Of a stretch of 64,000 bases of DNA, positions 1 to 13,235 are shown in pieces. Origin of the DNA: the human T2T-CHM13v2.0 reference genome, Homo sapiens; assembly GCF_009914755.1 (NCBI RefSeq), contig NC_060934.1; one strand, 5' to 3'. Within the stretch, counting starts at the first letter, position 1. Each line of letters begins with the position of its first letter. A program made the position numbers and the translations under genes. The notes beneath the pieces are model-generated. The model had not been told where the DNA came from, searched no databases, and was given only the letters and a program-made list of their open reading frames with translations.

Positions 1-1271
1 GCCCTTTTCTAAGCTTTTCCAACACCCAAGGCTCAACTCTACCTCAACACTTAACCAAAGTGTTTTGTAATTGGCTGGATCAATGTCCATTTCTCCCACT
101 GATTGGGGATTGAGATCTCTGCTGCCCCCACCCACAATCTCCATCCTCCGGGGACACAGGATACCATGCCAGCCCCAACCCCTCTCCCACAGCTTCAGGG
201 ATGTCTGACAAAGAGATAGCCTCTCCATCCATCAGCTTGGTGGCCCCAGATCTCAGAGCCAGAAGCTGTTCCAAGGTTGTAGGAAGTGGTGAAGCTTCAA
301 CAACTTGCTTCCTCCAGCCTGCAGGAGCCCCCACCCACAGCCCACCTCATTTCTGTGAGGTTTGTGTTTTGAGACCCACAGATTCTTCAAGGTGCTTTTT
401 AAGATTTCTTACTCTCTGCTGGCAAATTGTTAATCAGTTTGTCGCAGCATAAATAAAATTAGAGTTTAATTAAAATGAATGAGTGAGTGGAGACCAGCCT
501 GGCTGCTTTGCTCTTGAGCCTGAAATGAGTAAATAATGAATGTGTCACCAGCAAGTGATGTGCTTTAGCAGAAGTGTGAGGGCAGCAGAAAGGAGGCCGT
601 AGAGAGCTCCTCCACCCATAGCAATTTGCAAGTTGGTGGAATCTCCATTTGGGTGTATCTTGTTAATAAATTCTGCAGGAACTGTTTCTGTTTTCTAGGC
701 CTTCCAACAAAAGTGATGACAGGGCCACACACAGGATGCCCATTCTCTGGGCACCTCTTAATGTCATGGTCTTTGTGAAGGGGAACAGTGGACACACGGA
801 TGGGGCAGCACCATAGACATTTAGTGGACGGGATAAGGAATTCTAACATTCTCCATGTGTAAGATGCAGAAAGAGTTGTCTTACATCCCACAGGACTTTC
901 AAATGCTTTCCCAGACATTCATGCAGGAGAGAAATGTTTTTATGATTATTTAGGCCTAGACCTGAACTCCATGTAACATAAAGTCCTTTTTGCACAGTTT
1001 TCTATGCAAGGCATTTTTCTAGAAATGCAACTACTGTGTGGAGTGAGGTAAGCTGGGACTGGCAGCACTTTTAAAACCACATCCCTGATGGAAACACCCC
1101 TCCTAGTGTTCACGTCTCCGGTATAGCACACTGTGACAGTCTGCATCCGAGACTGATGCAATGTGTTATAGCAGACATGGCCGCACTCGTGTTGACTCTA
1201 CACACAGGTACAAACATCTTACTATTCACTTTGTCTTCAAGGCCAGGCCTGCCCGAATATTTACATGTTGA

Positions 1272-1580
<309 letters not shown>

Positions 1581-1649
1581 AATATTCTTTTATTATAAAT
1601 TACTTTCCTTTTATTCAGTGAGGGCATTATACTGACTTTGGAAAAACTC

Positions 1650-1651
<2 letters not shown>

Positions 1652-1697
<46 letters not shown>

Positions 1698-1700
1698 TGT
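1652..1700. repeat. (TG)n microsatellite
   Basis: ~24 TG units. Confidence 0.98.
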
Positions 1701-2149
1701 TTAGGAGGTATTAAGAGATATTTGTTACAGAAATGGGTGCACTGGGCAGATGAGTTTGAGAGGATCCCTGCTCATGTCAACACATGGCCGGGAAAACTGC
1801 TGAGAGGATTTTGGATAATGTATTCTTCCACTGCTGCTCCTGTTCCCAGTCCCCATCAACCCCTCACTTCTCATTCAAGTCCTAGGAGATATCGAGAAGC
1901 CATGTCAGGGCCCCTGGAGCAGCTTGTCAGTCTGGGCACATGGGCCCAGTCTAAATCCTCCACCCAGCTGGCTGCCTGCTCCTATCCCCCATTCTGTGCC
2001 CCCGCACCCTCTCAAGGAAGCCCAAGAGTGTTCCTTACCAGGGTTTCCTGACTCTCCCACCTGCTGTTATGTCTGGGCTGGGTGGCCATGAAGGTAGGGG
2101 TCCAGGCCTGACCTGAACACAGAGGTAGCATGGTAGGGAGGATTCCTCA

Positions 2150-2837
2150 TGTAAATCAAAGAAAATGACTGAAGTCAGTCTCAATCAATTCAGAAGTTTA
2201 TTTTACCAAGGTTGAGGATGTGCCTGGGAATTGGAACAAAAATCACAGGAATATCTGTGATCCATGTTTTTTCCAAAGAGGGTTTGGAGGCTTCAGTATT
2301 GAAAGAGCAATGAGCAGGCAGAGGAAAGAGAAAAAGGGGAGGGTAGATAAAAGAGCCAAATGGTTGCATTCTTGCCAGGCTTTGGTCAGCGTTCACAGAA
2401 TCCACATTGCACATGTGAAAAGAGGGGGTAGAGGAACAGTCAACTATGCACTGGTCTTGTGCTCAGTGAATCTGCATTTTTTACATAAAATAAAGGAAAT
2501 ATAGAGTAAAAAATGCAGTCATATATGCCTTTGTCTCAGGTGGGCAGAGGGACAAACACAAGTCCTATCTGTCCTGTACCTGTGAAGATAGGCTGTTGAT
2601 TAAATTGTCAGAGTGAAATTCAACAGAAGTCGGTTTTAGGGTAAAGATCTTCGGCCCACAGGAATTTCCTTGTAAGCGAATTTTGAGGAGGCCCCTGGGG
2701 ATGTGTGTGGCTTCTATCTTTGCAGCTATCCATTTAGGAAATGGGAGGCAGTTTTGCGTGACTCAGTTCCCAAGCCTAACTTTTCCCTTTGACATAGTGA
2801 GTCTGGGGTCCCGACACTTTTATTTTCTTTTCGCACA
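2150..2837 (-). mobile_element. ERV1 solo LTR, MER4-family-like
   Basis: TG...CA ends; the reverse strand begins TGTGCGAAAAGAAAATAAAAGTGTCGGGACCCC, resembling MER4 LTR starts. Confidence 0.7.
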
Positions 2838-2849
2838 AGATGACCTGCA

Positions 2850-4000
2850 GGATTTCCCAGCCCCCGCCTCTGCCTTTCTTGTAACTGCATTCCAATGGAA
2901 CTTTCTCCCTCTGCCTGGTCCAGCTTCCCTCCCTTCCACACTGTACTGTTACCAAAAGCACTTCCCAATGAACTTCCTCTGCCTGAGAGTCTGTTTCCCA
3001 GGGAACATGACCTAAAACAAATGAGGCCAGGAGTAGTTCAAGAAAGTAGACTCTAAAATGGGATTTCAAGGTTGTATCGCCCACTGGTTGACACTGAGGA
3101 TCCCATAACTGGGACAGGTGGAGTCAAGAGTCCCGAGCATGAAGAAGCAGGGCAACTATTAACACACATGCCATAAACTTGAACAGCATGAAATGGGCCA
3201 TGAACAGCAGTGAAGGGATAATGCAGGCACAATGATTCAGGCACCATAAAGTAATTATGAAGCCAAACTGGTTGACCCTTACTGAGTGCCATTGATACAT
3301 CGAAGAAAGACTTCAGAGTGATTGATTATCAATTAAAGGCATAGTGTGAAAGTCAGAGAGCCTTCTTGGCAACATAAAGAGATTCTCATCTCTTGCAGAA
3401 AAAAAGCTGAGATCAGGCCTGGGAGTTGACTCACTCTAAAAGTAGTAGAATTCTAAGGAAGTTGAATTCTCACCCCCAGCAAGTCTGCAGTTCCAAGACC
3501 AAAGCCTGAGATGGGAAGGAGTGAGACTGTGAGGGACAGGGACATCTGGGTCGATGCATTTAAGAACTTTGCCCCCTGAACTCTCTGGGTCTTCAGAAGT
3601 GGCCCACTCCTCTTTATTAAAGGCTAGAATTCTCCTTTGCTTAAAAATAGGGGGAGGCATCTGCCTTGCTACATAATATAGACCTCCTCAGGATCTCCCC
3701 CTACCCTCTCTCCTAATCACCAGACCAAGAACTAGTGTGAAAGCACAACATATATCCTGGCTATGAGTACTGAGTTGACCAAGGAAGAAAAGGAAATTTA
3801 AGACCTAGCCACCATATACCAACAGAAGCTGATAGTGTGGACAGGTGACCTGACTTGCAGAAAGGTATGGACATGAGGCAATAGAATATTGAATTCCTAA
3901 GAACAAGAGAGGAGGGAAGTCAGTGAAGGCATTGCTCAATCTATACAATCAAAAGAAAGTTAGGATGATGGGCAGAAGGCTGAGGAAAGCCACTTCAATA
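2850..4000 (+). mobile_element. Old ERVL LTR end plus internal fragment (LTR16/HERV16-like)
   Basis: ...gggaacatgacctaaaaca followed by an internal-start-like gccaggagtagt...atgggattt. Confidence 0.45.
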
Positions 4001-4012
4001 AAAGTCAAAATT

Positions 4013-4410
4013 TGTCTTAGTCATAGTGTGGTCTGCCATGATGGAGTACTGTAGACCAGGTAGATTAAACAACAGAAATGTATTTCTCACAGTTCTGAAG
4101 GCTTGGAAGTCCAAGATCATGGTGCTAGCAAGGTGGGTTTTATTCTGACTTCTCTTCTCTTGGCTTGCAGGCTGCCACCTCTCACTATGTGTTCACATGA
4201 ACTCTTTTTGCATGACTCGGGGAGAAAGTAAGAAGCTCTATGGTATTTCTTATTATAAGGGCACTAATTTCATCATGACAGCTCCACCCTCATGACCCCA
4301 TCTAATGCTAATTACCTTCCAAAGATCCCGTTTCCGAATACCATCACATTTGGGTTAGGGCTTCAACATATGGCTTTGCGGGTAGAAGACACAAATGTCA
4401 AGCTCTAACA
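4013..4410 (-). mobile_element. MaLR LTR (MLT1A-like)
   Basis: aacaacagaaatgtatttctcacagttctg...gaagtccaagatc; taattaccttccaaag; ttagggcttcaacatat. Confidence 0.75.
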
Positions 4411-4769
4411 TAAACTTTTGCCCAGTTTTTGGCCCTGAGACACTTTTGGGACCTGAAACCCATTGACTGAAAGAGAGGCCAGGTCCTCAGAAAGAAGGTC
4501 CCCCTGCAATCACACACGATCTCCCAGCTTTAAGGAACTATTATCTCGAGCGTTCTATGTCAGCCCCAGAAGTACAGGCTGTTCCTTGTATCTGCTACCA
4601 CTGTGTTCTTTAGCATTCTCTTTAGTTTTTACTGCCCGATCTCTCCATTCCTCTGTTATAGTTAATAATTATTTATATTAAACTCCCTGCATTCTAATTA
4701 TTGTGTGGTTTCTCTCTCCTGAGTGAGCCTTGACTGATACTGAATTGGTACCCCAAATGGTTTTATCTC

Positions 4770-7500
4770 CCCCCTCTAATTTGCATATATGTTACTAAGG
4801 CATCAAAAGAACTTGCTACTTCCTGCTCCTCAGATCTCATCAGCACAATGTTATCAATGCAGTGGGCTACTGTGATGTTTCATCAGATGTCAAGATTATC
4901 CAGACCTCTGTGAACTGTAATGTGGCAGACAGCAGCAGAATTGACTAGCTCTGAGGCAAGAGTGTGAAGGAGCATAGTTGAGCCTGACAGGTGAAAAGCA
5001 AACTGATTTGCTGGTGGTCCTCATAAATAAGTGTTGAGAAAAGGGTATCAGCTAGGTCGACAGCTGCATACCAAGTACTAGGAACACTTTTTCTAGTAAA
5101 GCTATACATTTGGGACAGCAGCTGAAATTGGAGTCACCATTTAAGTTTACAGCAATCCACAGTCATTCTCCAGATTCTTCTGACTTCTACACAGGCCTCA
5201 CTGATGTATTAGATAGGGATGTGACAACTATCATTACCCCTACTCTTCTTAAGTCTTTTATAGTGACATCAATCTCTGCAATTCTCCCAAGGATATAATA
5301 TGGCTTCTGGTTTACTAGAAGTTAGTTAGTTCTTAGGCATTCCAATCATAATTATCTTCATCTCATAGATCAGAGAGGCCACATAGTTGCCAAGTGTGTC
5401 TATCACCGTTATACATTCAAGAACTGAGGGCTTCATGTAGTGGCTCGTGCCTATAATCCCAGCATTTTGGGAGGCCGAGACTGCCTCAGCCCAGGAGTTT
5501 GAGACCAGCCTGGGCAACATGGTGAAACCCCATCTCTACAAAAAATACAAAACTTTAGCTGGGCAGGGTGGCACATGCCTGTAGTCCCAGCCACTCAGGA
5601 GGCTGAGGTGGGAGGATCACTTGAGCCCAGGGAGGTCAAGGCTGCAGTGAGCTGTGATCAATCCCACCACTACCCTCCAGTCTGAATAACAGAGCAAGAC
5701 CCTGTCTCAAAAACAAAACAAAACAAAAAATGAACTGAGGAAATAACTGCAGACTTGGTCTGTAGACCACAGGGCCCACTGTGAGTCAGACCTGGGCTAA
5801 GATTCCATCCCCTGACACCATAAACCCCCACTCTGACTGGTGAGCCACTGTGGTATTTTGGCTCCTCAATAATCAGTGTCAACTCAGAGCCAATGTCATA
5901 ATCTTGGAAAAGTCTGGGAGTTCTCTTCTCCCAAATGCAGTCACTCTAATAAACAGCTACAGGTCGCTTTGGAGAAGACTTAAAGTAAGATTTACAGTGG
6001 AAATTTGCAATAGTGATGCAGGGTCCCTCCTCAAGGGGCTTCTTTATTCAAGGGACACGCTAAGTACATAAATTGCCTTAGATCTAGAAATGGGGTGAGA
6101 AGCTGTGACTCAAGCCAGACTTTTAGCTACCAGACCTAGAGTTTTTCCTGTTATACAGATCAAACAATGTAGTGAGCTGTCCATCTATTTGATTCCTGGG
6201 AATGCCATATCAATTGACCACTGCCAAATATCTCTGTGGGTCAAGGCATTCTGACTGCCTGCATAGCCCTGCTGCCCTTTACAGTGAATGTGCCTCTGGC
6301 AGTTAGGTGCTGCCTCTTGGCCTATGATCCTCTGGGATTTCAACCTTATTGAAACCAGAGCCCATCTCAATGCAACATCCCCTACAGTCATATCTGCCCT
6401 GCAGAAGAAATCCACTGCAGAGCTGACCAAGGGTGCAGATGCTTTGCTCACTAATGCATTTTTCAATGCCTTAGTCAAGGGAGTGTCTTCTGGGCCTCCT
6501 GCTGGAACATAGGTTGGGGGTAGATACACATTTGCAAATGATAAATCCAGCCCAACACTCCTATCTCCATAGCCTTTGGAGTCCATTTATCGAATCATAT
6601 TGGCCACTATTTTGTCCAAGTTTTAGTCAACCAACCAGGTAAGCCATTAGAATCACCTTCAGCTGCATGAGCAAACACACTAAATCCAGAATGTCCAATA
6701 AGAGCACCCATATTCACAATCAGGGCTGATCTAGTGTTAGATTCCACCCTCCTTGGTGTAACGCCCTTAGAATGCACTTCCACACATGCATCCTAGGCTT
6801 CTGACAATATACATTAACAAAACCTTATTCTTTCTGTGTGTAAGCTACTTCTTTTTGGGTCACTGTGTCTACCTGTTCTCTGGAGCATGCTGAGATTTGA
6901 CACTAGTTATGGGTCTATGTGCATATGGTTTGATTGGGTCTTGAGGAGAAAGGGCATCCCCTTTCAAAGCATCTGCCTCAGGTGAGCTTATCACAAGATT
7001 CTCAAAGAAAAGGAAGGCTATTATTCTCAGACACCGGAGGGCAGGCTCCTTCCATGGGTAAAGGAATATCAGAGCGACTTGGAGGTCTAAGATTGTCAGT
7101 TTCTTCTGGGTTCAACCAGAAGCTCCCATTCAAAGTTTCAGAATCCCATTCTTTACCAATCAATGTTCTAAATTTCCAGTGCAATTCGGCAAAAAATTAA
7201 GTTGGTGTTTTATTTTCAGCATTATCAGTCCAGCTACCAAAAATAAGAGATTTTTTTAGGGCTCTCCAGTTTTCAGACTGTGACTCAAGCTGAGAGTAAA
7301 CAGAACTGTGCTTCCCATTTTCTCTTTGTAAGTACCCAAGTGTGCTTAAGAAGAAAATCTGCCTCACATTGCAGTCCTCATAGTCATCATTACTGCCATC
7401 GCAGTGCAGTGCAGTGGCACTGGGGTTCCCAAGAGTCTTGCTTCTGCTCGTTCTTCATCACAATCAGCCATAGGTGACAGCTTGATTCAGTGTGGCACCG
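4770..7500 (-). mobile_element. Degenerate ERVL internal sequence (gag and RT remnants), interrupted by an Alu
   Basis: Minus strand near 4830-4870 reads AHCIDNIVL (decayed VHYIDDIML RT motif); ORF 6185-6586 contains GPEDTPLTKALKNALV, ERVL gag-like. Confidence 0.7.
5429..5730 (+). mobile_element. AluJ element
   Basis: Full Alu dimer; TSD gaactgag(g) at 5421 and 5732. Confidence 0.93.
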
Positions 7501-8017
7501 CCACATGCCATGGGTTTCTAGCATTCCACTGCCCATTGGCAAGGAGCTCAGAACTGCACTTAAGCCCAAGGGCCTGACCAAACCAATGCAAATTTCTGCC
7601 TGTGTGGCCTTTCTCCTGGGATAACTCCTGATATCCATTCTGTACCAGTGAGAATCCAGTCAGAAGAACAAAACCAGACAGTAATTTTATCAGGAAAAAA
7701 TTCAACATAAAAAATTATTAATATATCAGAGGATGAGCGTGATGAAGGATTCTCTGGTAAAAAGTCAAGAGAACTTGAAATAACATCAGAATGGCAGCTA
7801 TAAAGAGCAGCTACCACCCCTAGGGCTGAGATGAAGTTGCCAGAGAAGAGGTCCCTCAGGCTGAGATGCAGACCTTGTAGGAGAGGACATGGCCAAGGGT
7901 CACTGAATGGCAGAGAAGTCACAGTGGGGCTGCAGCTAGGAAGAAGAGCCTCATGGAGAGGACTTCCTGATAGAAGCTGCAACATGAGGCAAACTTGCAC
8001 AGAGAGTAAAGACCCTG

Positions 8018-10207
8018 GCCTCTTTGAAGGAATATACCTCAAAATAATGAGCCATTTATGACAAACCCATAGCCAACATCATACTGAATGGGCAAAAGCT
8101 GGAAGCATTCCCCTTGAAAACCAGTACAAAACAAGGATGCTCTCTCTCACTACTCCTATTCAACATAGTATTGGAAGTCCTGGCCAGGGCAGTAGGGTAA
8201 GAGAAAAAAATAAAGGGCATCCAAACTGAAAGAGATGAATCCAAGCTAGACCTGTTTCCAGACAACATGATTCTATATCTAGAAAACCCCATATTCTCAG
8301 CCCAAAAGCTTCTTAAGCTGATAAAACAACTTCAGCAAGCCTCAGGATACAAAATTAATGTACAAAAATCACTAACATTCTTATACGGGACAGCAATGGT
8401 CAAGCCCAGAGCCACACCAGGAATGCAATCCCATTGACAACTGCCACACACACACACACACACATACACAAATACACAAAGAAAAAAAAAACCTAGGAAT
8501 ACAGCTAACCAGGGAGGTGAAAGACCTCTACAGGGAGAACTACAAAACACTGCTCAAAAAAATCAGAGATGACACAAACAAACGGAAAAACATTCCATGC
8601 TCATGAATAGGAAGAATCAATATAGTAAAAAAGGCCATACTGCTCAAAGCAATTTATAGATTCAATGCTATTCCTATTAAACCACCATTGACATTCTTCA
8701 CAGAACTAGAAAAAACTATTTTAAAATTCATATGGAACCCCAAAAGACTCCAAATAGCCAAGGCAATTCTGAACAAAAGGAACAAAGCTGGAGGCATCAT
8801 ATTACCCGACTTCGAACTATACTACAGGGATACGGTAACCAAAACAGCAGTTAGTGGTACAAAAACAGATACATAGGCCAATGGAACAGAATTGAGAACC
8901 CAGAAATAAGGCTGCACATCTACAACCATCTGATCTTTGACAAAGCTGACAAAAACAAGCAATGGGGAAAGGATTCCCTATTCAATAAATGGTGCTGGGA
9001 TAACTGGCTAGCCATACGAAGAAGATGGAAACTGGACCCCTTCTTTACACCATATATAAAAATCAACTCGAGATGGATTAAACACTTAAATGTTAAGCCC
9101 GAAACTCTAAAAACCCTGTAAGGCGACCTAGGCAGTACCATTTAGGACATAGAAATGGGCAAAGATTTTATAACAAAGACACAAAAAGCAATTGCAACAA
9201 AAAGCAAAATTTAACAAATGGGATCTAATTAAACTTAAGAGCTTCTATACAGCAAAAGAAACTATCAACAGAGTGAACAGACAACCTACAGGATAGGAGA
9301 AAATTTTGGTAAACTATGCATCTGACAAAGGTCTAATATCCACATCTATAAGGAACTTAAACAAATTTACAAAAAAAAAAAACCTCAAGCAATCCTATTA
9401 AAAAGTGGGCAAAGGACACGAACAGACACTTTTCAAAAGAAGACATACATGTGGCCAACAAACATATGAAAAAAAGCTCAACATCACTGATCCTTAGAGA
9501 AATGCAAATCAAAACCACAATGAGATACAATCTCACACAAGTCAGAATGGCTATTATTAAAAAGGCAAAAAATAACAGATGCTGGTGAGGTTGAGGAGAA
9601 AAAGGAACACTTATATACTGTTGGTGGGAGTGTAAATTACTTCAACCATTGTAGAAGAGTGACCCATTTGTAGAAGAGTGACCCATTGTAGAAGAGTGAC
9701 CCAACGATATAAATCGTTCTATTATAAAGGCACATGCACACACATGTTCATTGCAGCAGTATTGACACAATAGCAAAGACATTGAATCAACCTAAATGCC
9801 TATCAGTGATAGACTAGATAAAGAAAATGTGGTACATATACACCATGGAATACTATGCAGCCATTAAAAGAAACCAGATCATGTCCTTTGCAGGAACATG
9901 GATGAAGCTGGAGGCCATTATCCTTAGCAAACTAACACAGGAACAGAAAACCAAATACAGCATGTTCTCACTTATAAGTGGAAACTAGATGATGAGAACA
10001 CATGGACACAGAGAGGGGAACAACAGACCCACTGGGATCTATTAGAAGGTGGAGGGTGGGAGGAGGGAGAGGATAAGGAAAAATAACTAATGGGTACTAA
10101 GCTTAATACCTGGGTGATGAATAATTGCACAACAAACCCCCATGACACAAGTTTACCTATATAACAAACCTGCAAATGTACCCCTGAACTTGAAATAAAT
10201 TTTTTTA
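8018..10207 (+). mobile_element. 5'-truncated L1 (older L1PA/PB; 3' ORF2 and 3' UTR)
   Basis: Typical L1 ORF2 and 3' UTR sequence; TSD AAAGACCCTG at 8008 and 10208. Confidence 0.93.
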
Positions 10208-10356
10208 AAAGACCCTGAACTGGCTCTTTCCTTCATGTTATCTCCCATTGGGGGTGGCCATTGGCCAAAACTTACTTGCTGTGGGTTTGACCCTCTGGGC
10301 TCTTGGTTCAGCCCTCATCATTCATCCTTTGTTGTGAAAGGTAGCACAGCTGACAG

Positions 10357-10861
10357 CAGTTGACCCTTGAGCAATTTTGGGGGTGGGACACAGGCCTCCC
10401 ACACAGTCCAAAATCCATGTATAATTTTGGCTCCTCCCAAACTTAACTACTAGTAGCTTATTGGCTGGAAGCCTTACTGGTCATGTAAACAGTTGATTAA
10501 CACAACTGTTTTGTATGTTATATGTATTATATACTATATTCTTACAATAAAATAAGCTATAGAAAAGAAAATGTTATTAAGAAGATCATAAGGAAGAGAA
10601 AATATATTTACTATTCACTAAGCAGAAGTGGATCATTATAAAGGTCTCCATCCTTACTGTCTTCACATTGATTAAGCAGGGGGAAGTAGAGGAGAAAGAG
10701 GAAGGGTTGGTCTTGTCTCAGAGGTGGCAGAAGTGGAAGAGGTGGAGGAGGTAGAAGGGGGAGCAGGAGAGGCGGGGACACTCAAAGTAAGTTTTATTGA
10801 AAAAAATCTGGGTGTAAGTGGACCCACACAATTCAAACCTACATTGTTCAAGGATCAGCTG
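10357..10861. mobile_element. Tigger2-derived MITE (Tigger2a/MER28-like)
   Basis: TIRs cagttgacccttgagcaa ... ttgttcaaggatcagctg. Confidence 0.8.
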
Positions 10862-10869
10862 CAGTTTTC

Positions 10870-11760
10870 TCACCCTGTTTCCTGCCAGGAGAGTCTCAGG
10901 TGTTCAGCAGGCATCTTTCATTTTGCACTCTCTGTCTTTTAGGACTCTTTTAGTCCAAGCTGGTAGTGTTTCTGCCAAAATAATTTTCTTAAGAATTTCA
11001 TGGTCTTGTGTATTACATTAGGGTTCCTTCCATTAGACAAAACCCACACCCACACATTGTTTGACGATGATCTCTTCTCTGTTTTTGTCTCCTGCTGAGA
11101 TAGCTAAGTACAACACCCTTAAGCCTAGAAGCCCTCTGGTTTGGCCCAGAAGATCCGTGAGGCACACCCTTAACCTCAACTTGAAAAACCCCCTTGCATG
11201 ACTGAATATTCTGACCTTTTGGTGTTTCTGAGGTTTTAGTAAAAGTGTGTGCAGTCACACCCTTGGCTTTTTCTCTCTGCCAGACTTTCACATGCAATCT
11301 TTTCTCTTTAGCATTTTTGCCAGCTGGATAAAGTGAGAATTTCCCAAATCATCAAGAACAAAGTTTTTTGTTTCACCATTCCCTCAATTTATCTCTTTTT
11401 TTTCTGGCATTTTACTGTAAGCAGCAAGAAGGAACCAGACTGCACTTCAATAGTTCCGTTGGACATCTCCTCAGCTAAATATCCAAGTTTATCACTTACA
11501 AGTTTCACTTTCCAAAGAACTGGAGTAGACAACTCGGCTAAGTTTACTTCCACTTCATAACTAGGATTCCTTTCCTCCCAATTTCCAATAAAGTGTTTCT
11601 CACTTCCTTATGGCTCTCACTGGCAGCACCCTTAAAGACCAGATTTCTACTAGGTTTGTTCAAAGTGACTTAAGTTTTCTCCATCATGATCTTCAAAATT
11701 CTCCTCAAATTCTCTTCAGCCTCTGCCCACTCTCAGTTCCAGAATCACTCCCACATTTTT
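10870..11760 (-). mobile_element. MaLR internal sequence remnant
   Basis: MLT/MST-int-like motifs; resumes after the LTR insertion as gtaccaaaatc next to the MLT1 LTR. Confidence 0.55.
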
Positions 11761-11762
11761 GG

Positions 11763-12454
11763 TGTAATTGCCTGACAGGTTCTTCTTGCCCACTGCACAT
11801 AAAGAGCTGATTCACTGAGACAGAAGTATTGCAACAGAGGAAGAATTTAATAAACACAGGGCTAGCCAAGCAGAAGACGGGAGTTATTACTCAAATCAGC
11901 CTCCCACAGAGCTCAGAGGCCAGGGCTTCTCTAGGATAGTTTGGCAGGAAGGGGGCTAGGGAATGGGAAATGATGATTGGTTGGGTCAGGCATGAAATCA
12001 TGGGGGGGTCAAACCTGTCTCCTTGCACTGAGGCAGCTCCTGGATTGGGGGCTGGGCACGTCACAAAAGAGGTTAAATTCGTTCCATGGTATGAGTCACA
12101 AGTCCAGGTGGAGTCACCAGAATGCAAAAGTCTGAAAAATATCTCAAAGATCAACCTTAGGTTTTGATAACAGTGATGTTATCTACAGGAGCAATTGGAG
12201 AAGTTACAAATCTTGTGACCTCTGGCTACATGACTCCTAAGTCATAATCCTACAAAGACAGGAGGGGTTTCATTTCTGGAAAGAACTGTTAGTTTCTGAA
12301 AAGAACTGTTATCACCTTTTTCACTAAATGCCTCCCATAGTTAGTTTGAGTTATGCCCAGGAATGAGCAAAGACAGCTTGTAAGATTAGAAGCAAGATGG
12401 AGTAGGCTATGTAAGATTTCTCTCACTGTCATAATTTTTGCAAAGGTGGCTTCA
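11763..12454 (-). mobile_element. ERV1 solo LTR (LTR8-family-like)
   Basis: Reverse strand begins TGAAGCCACCTTTGCAAAAATTATGACAGTGAG; TG...CA ends. Confidence 0.75.
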
Positions 12455-12483
12455 GCAGTGCCCCACTCTATAGTACCAAAATC

Positions 12484-13123
12484 TGTCTTAGGTTTCTATT
12501 GCTGCACAACAAAGTGTCATGAATTTAGCCACTTAACATAACCATTTATCAGCTCGTGGCTTTGTAGGTCAGAAGTCCAGGCACAGCGTGACTGGGCTCT
12601 CTGCTCAGGGTCTCACAAAGTTAAAATCAAGGCATTGGCCATCACTGCATCCTCATCTGCGCCCAGGACCCCTTTCCAAGGTCATGTGGTGGTGGCAGAA
12701 CTCAGTTCCTTGCAGCTGTGGGATGGAGGTCCCCTTTCTTTGCTGGCTGTCAGCTGAGAGATACTCTAAGTCCTAGAGGTCATTTGTGTTCCTTACCACA
12801 TCCCCTCCTCCCCATCTTTAAAGCCAGTAATGCAGAATCTCTCTCATGTCAAATCCTTCTCACACTTCAAATCTCTTTCATCAAGAAGAGTCCAATCCCT
12901 TTTAAGGACCCACCTGATTGGGTCTGGCCTGCCCAAAATCATCTCCCTCTCCTTAGGTCAATTTCTTCGGGATCTTAATAACATCTACAACACCCCTTTG
13001 CCATATAATTTAACATAATCATGGGAGTCAGATTATGTTTAGAAGTTCTGCCCATATTCAAAAGCAGGTGATCACACAAGGGCGAGAGTCACTGGCGATT
13101 ATCTTAGAATTCAGCCTACCACC
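12484..13123 (-). mobile_element. MaLR LTR (MLT1D/E-like)
   Basis: tgtcttaggtttctattgctg...ggtcagaagtcc...cttagaattcagcctaccac. Confidence 0.75.
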
Positions 13124-13124
13124 A

Positions 13125-13235
13125 GCACCTACCCCACAGAGTTGTTGTAAGGACTAAATAAGTTGATATATATGAAACTCTTAGGACAATGGCTGGAACA
13201 TAGCTGTTGTCAAGTGTTGGCTCTTATTATTGTTG
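13125..13235 (+). mobile_element. MIR fragment
   Basis: agagttgttgtaaggactaaataag...cttaggacaatggctggaacatag. Confidence 0.65.

Noticed and set aside
9646-9703. CRISPR-like array
   Set aside because: Contiguous tandem copies without spacers, inside a human L1
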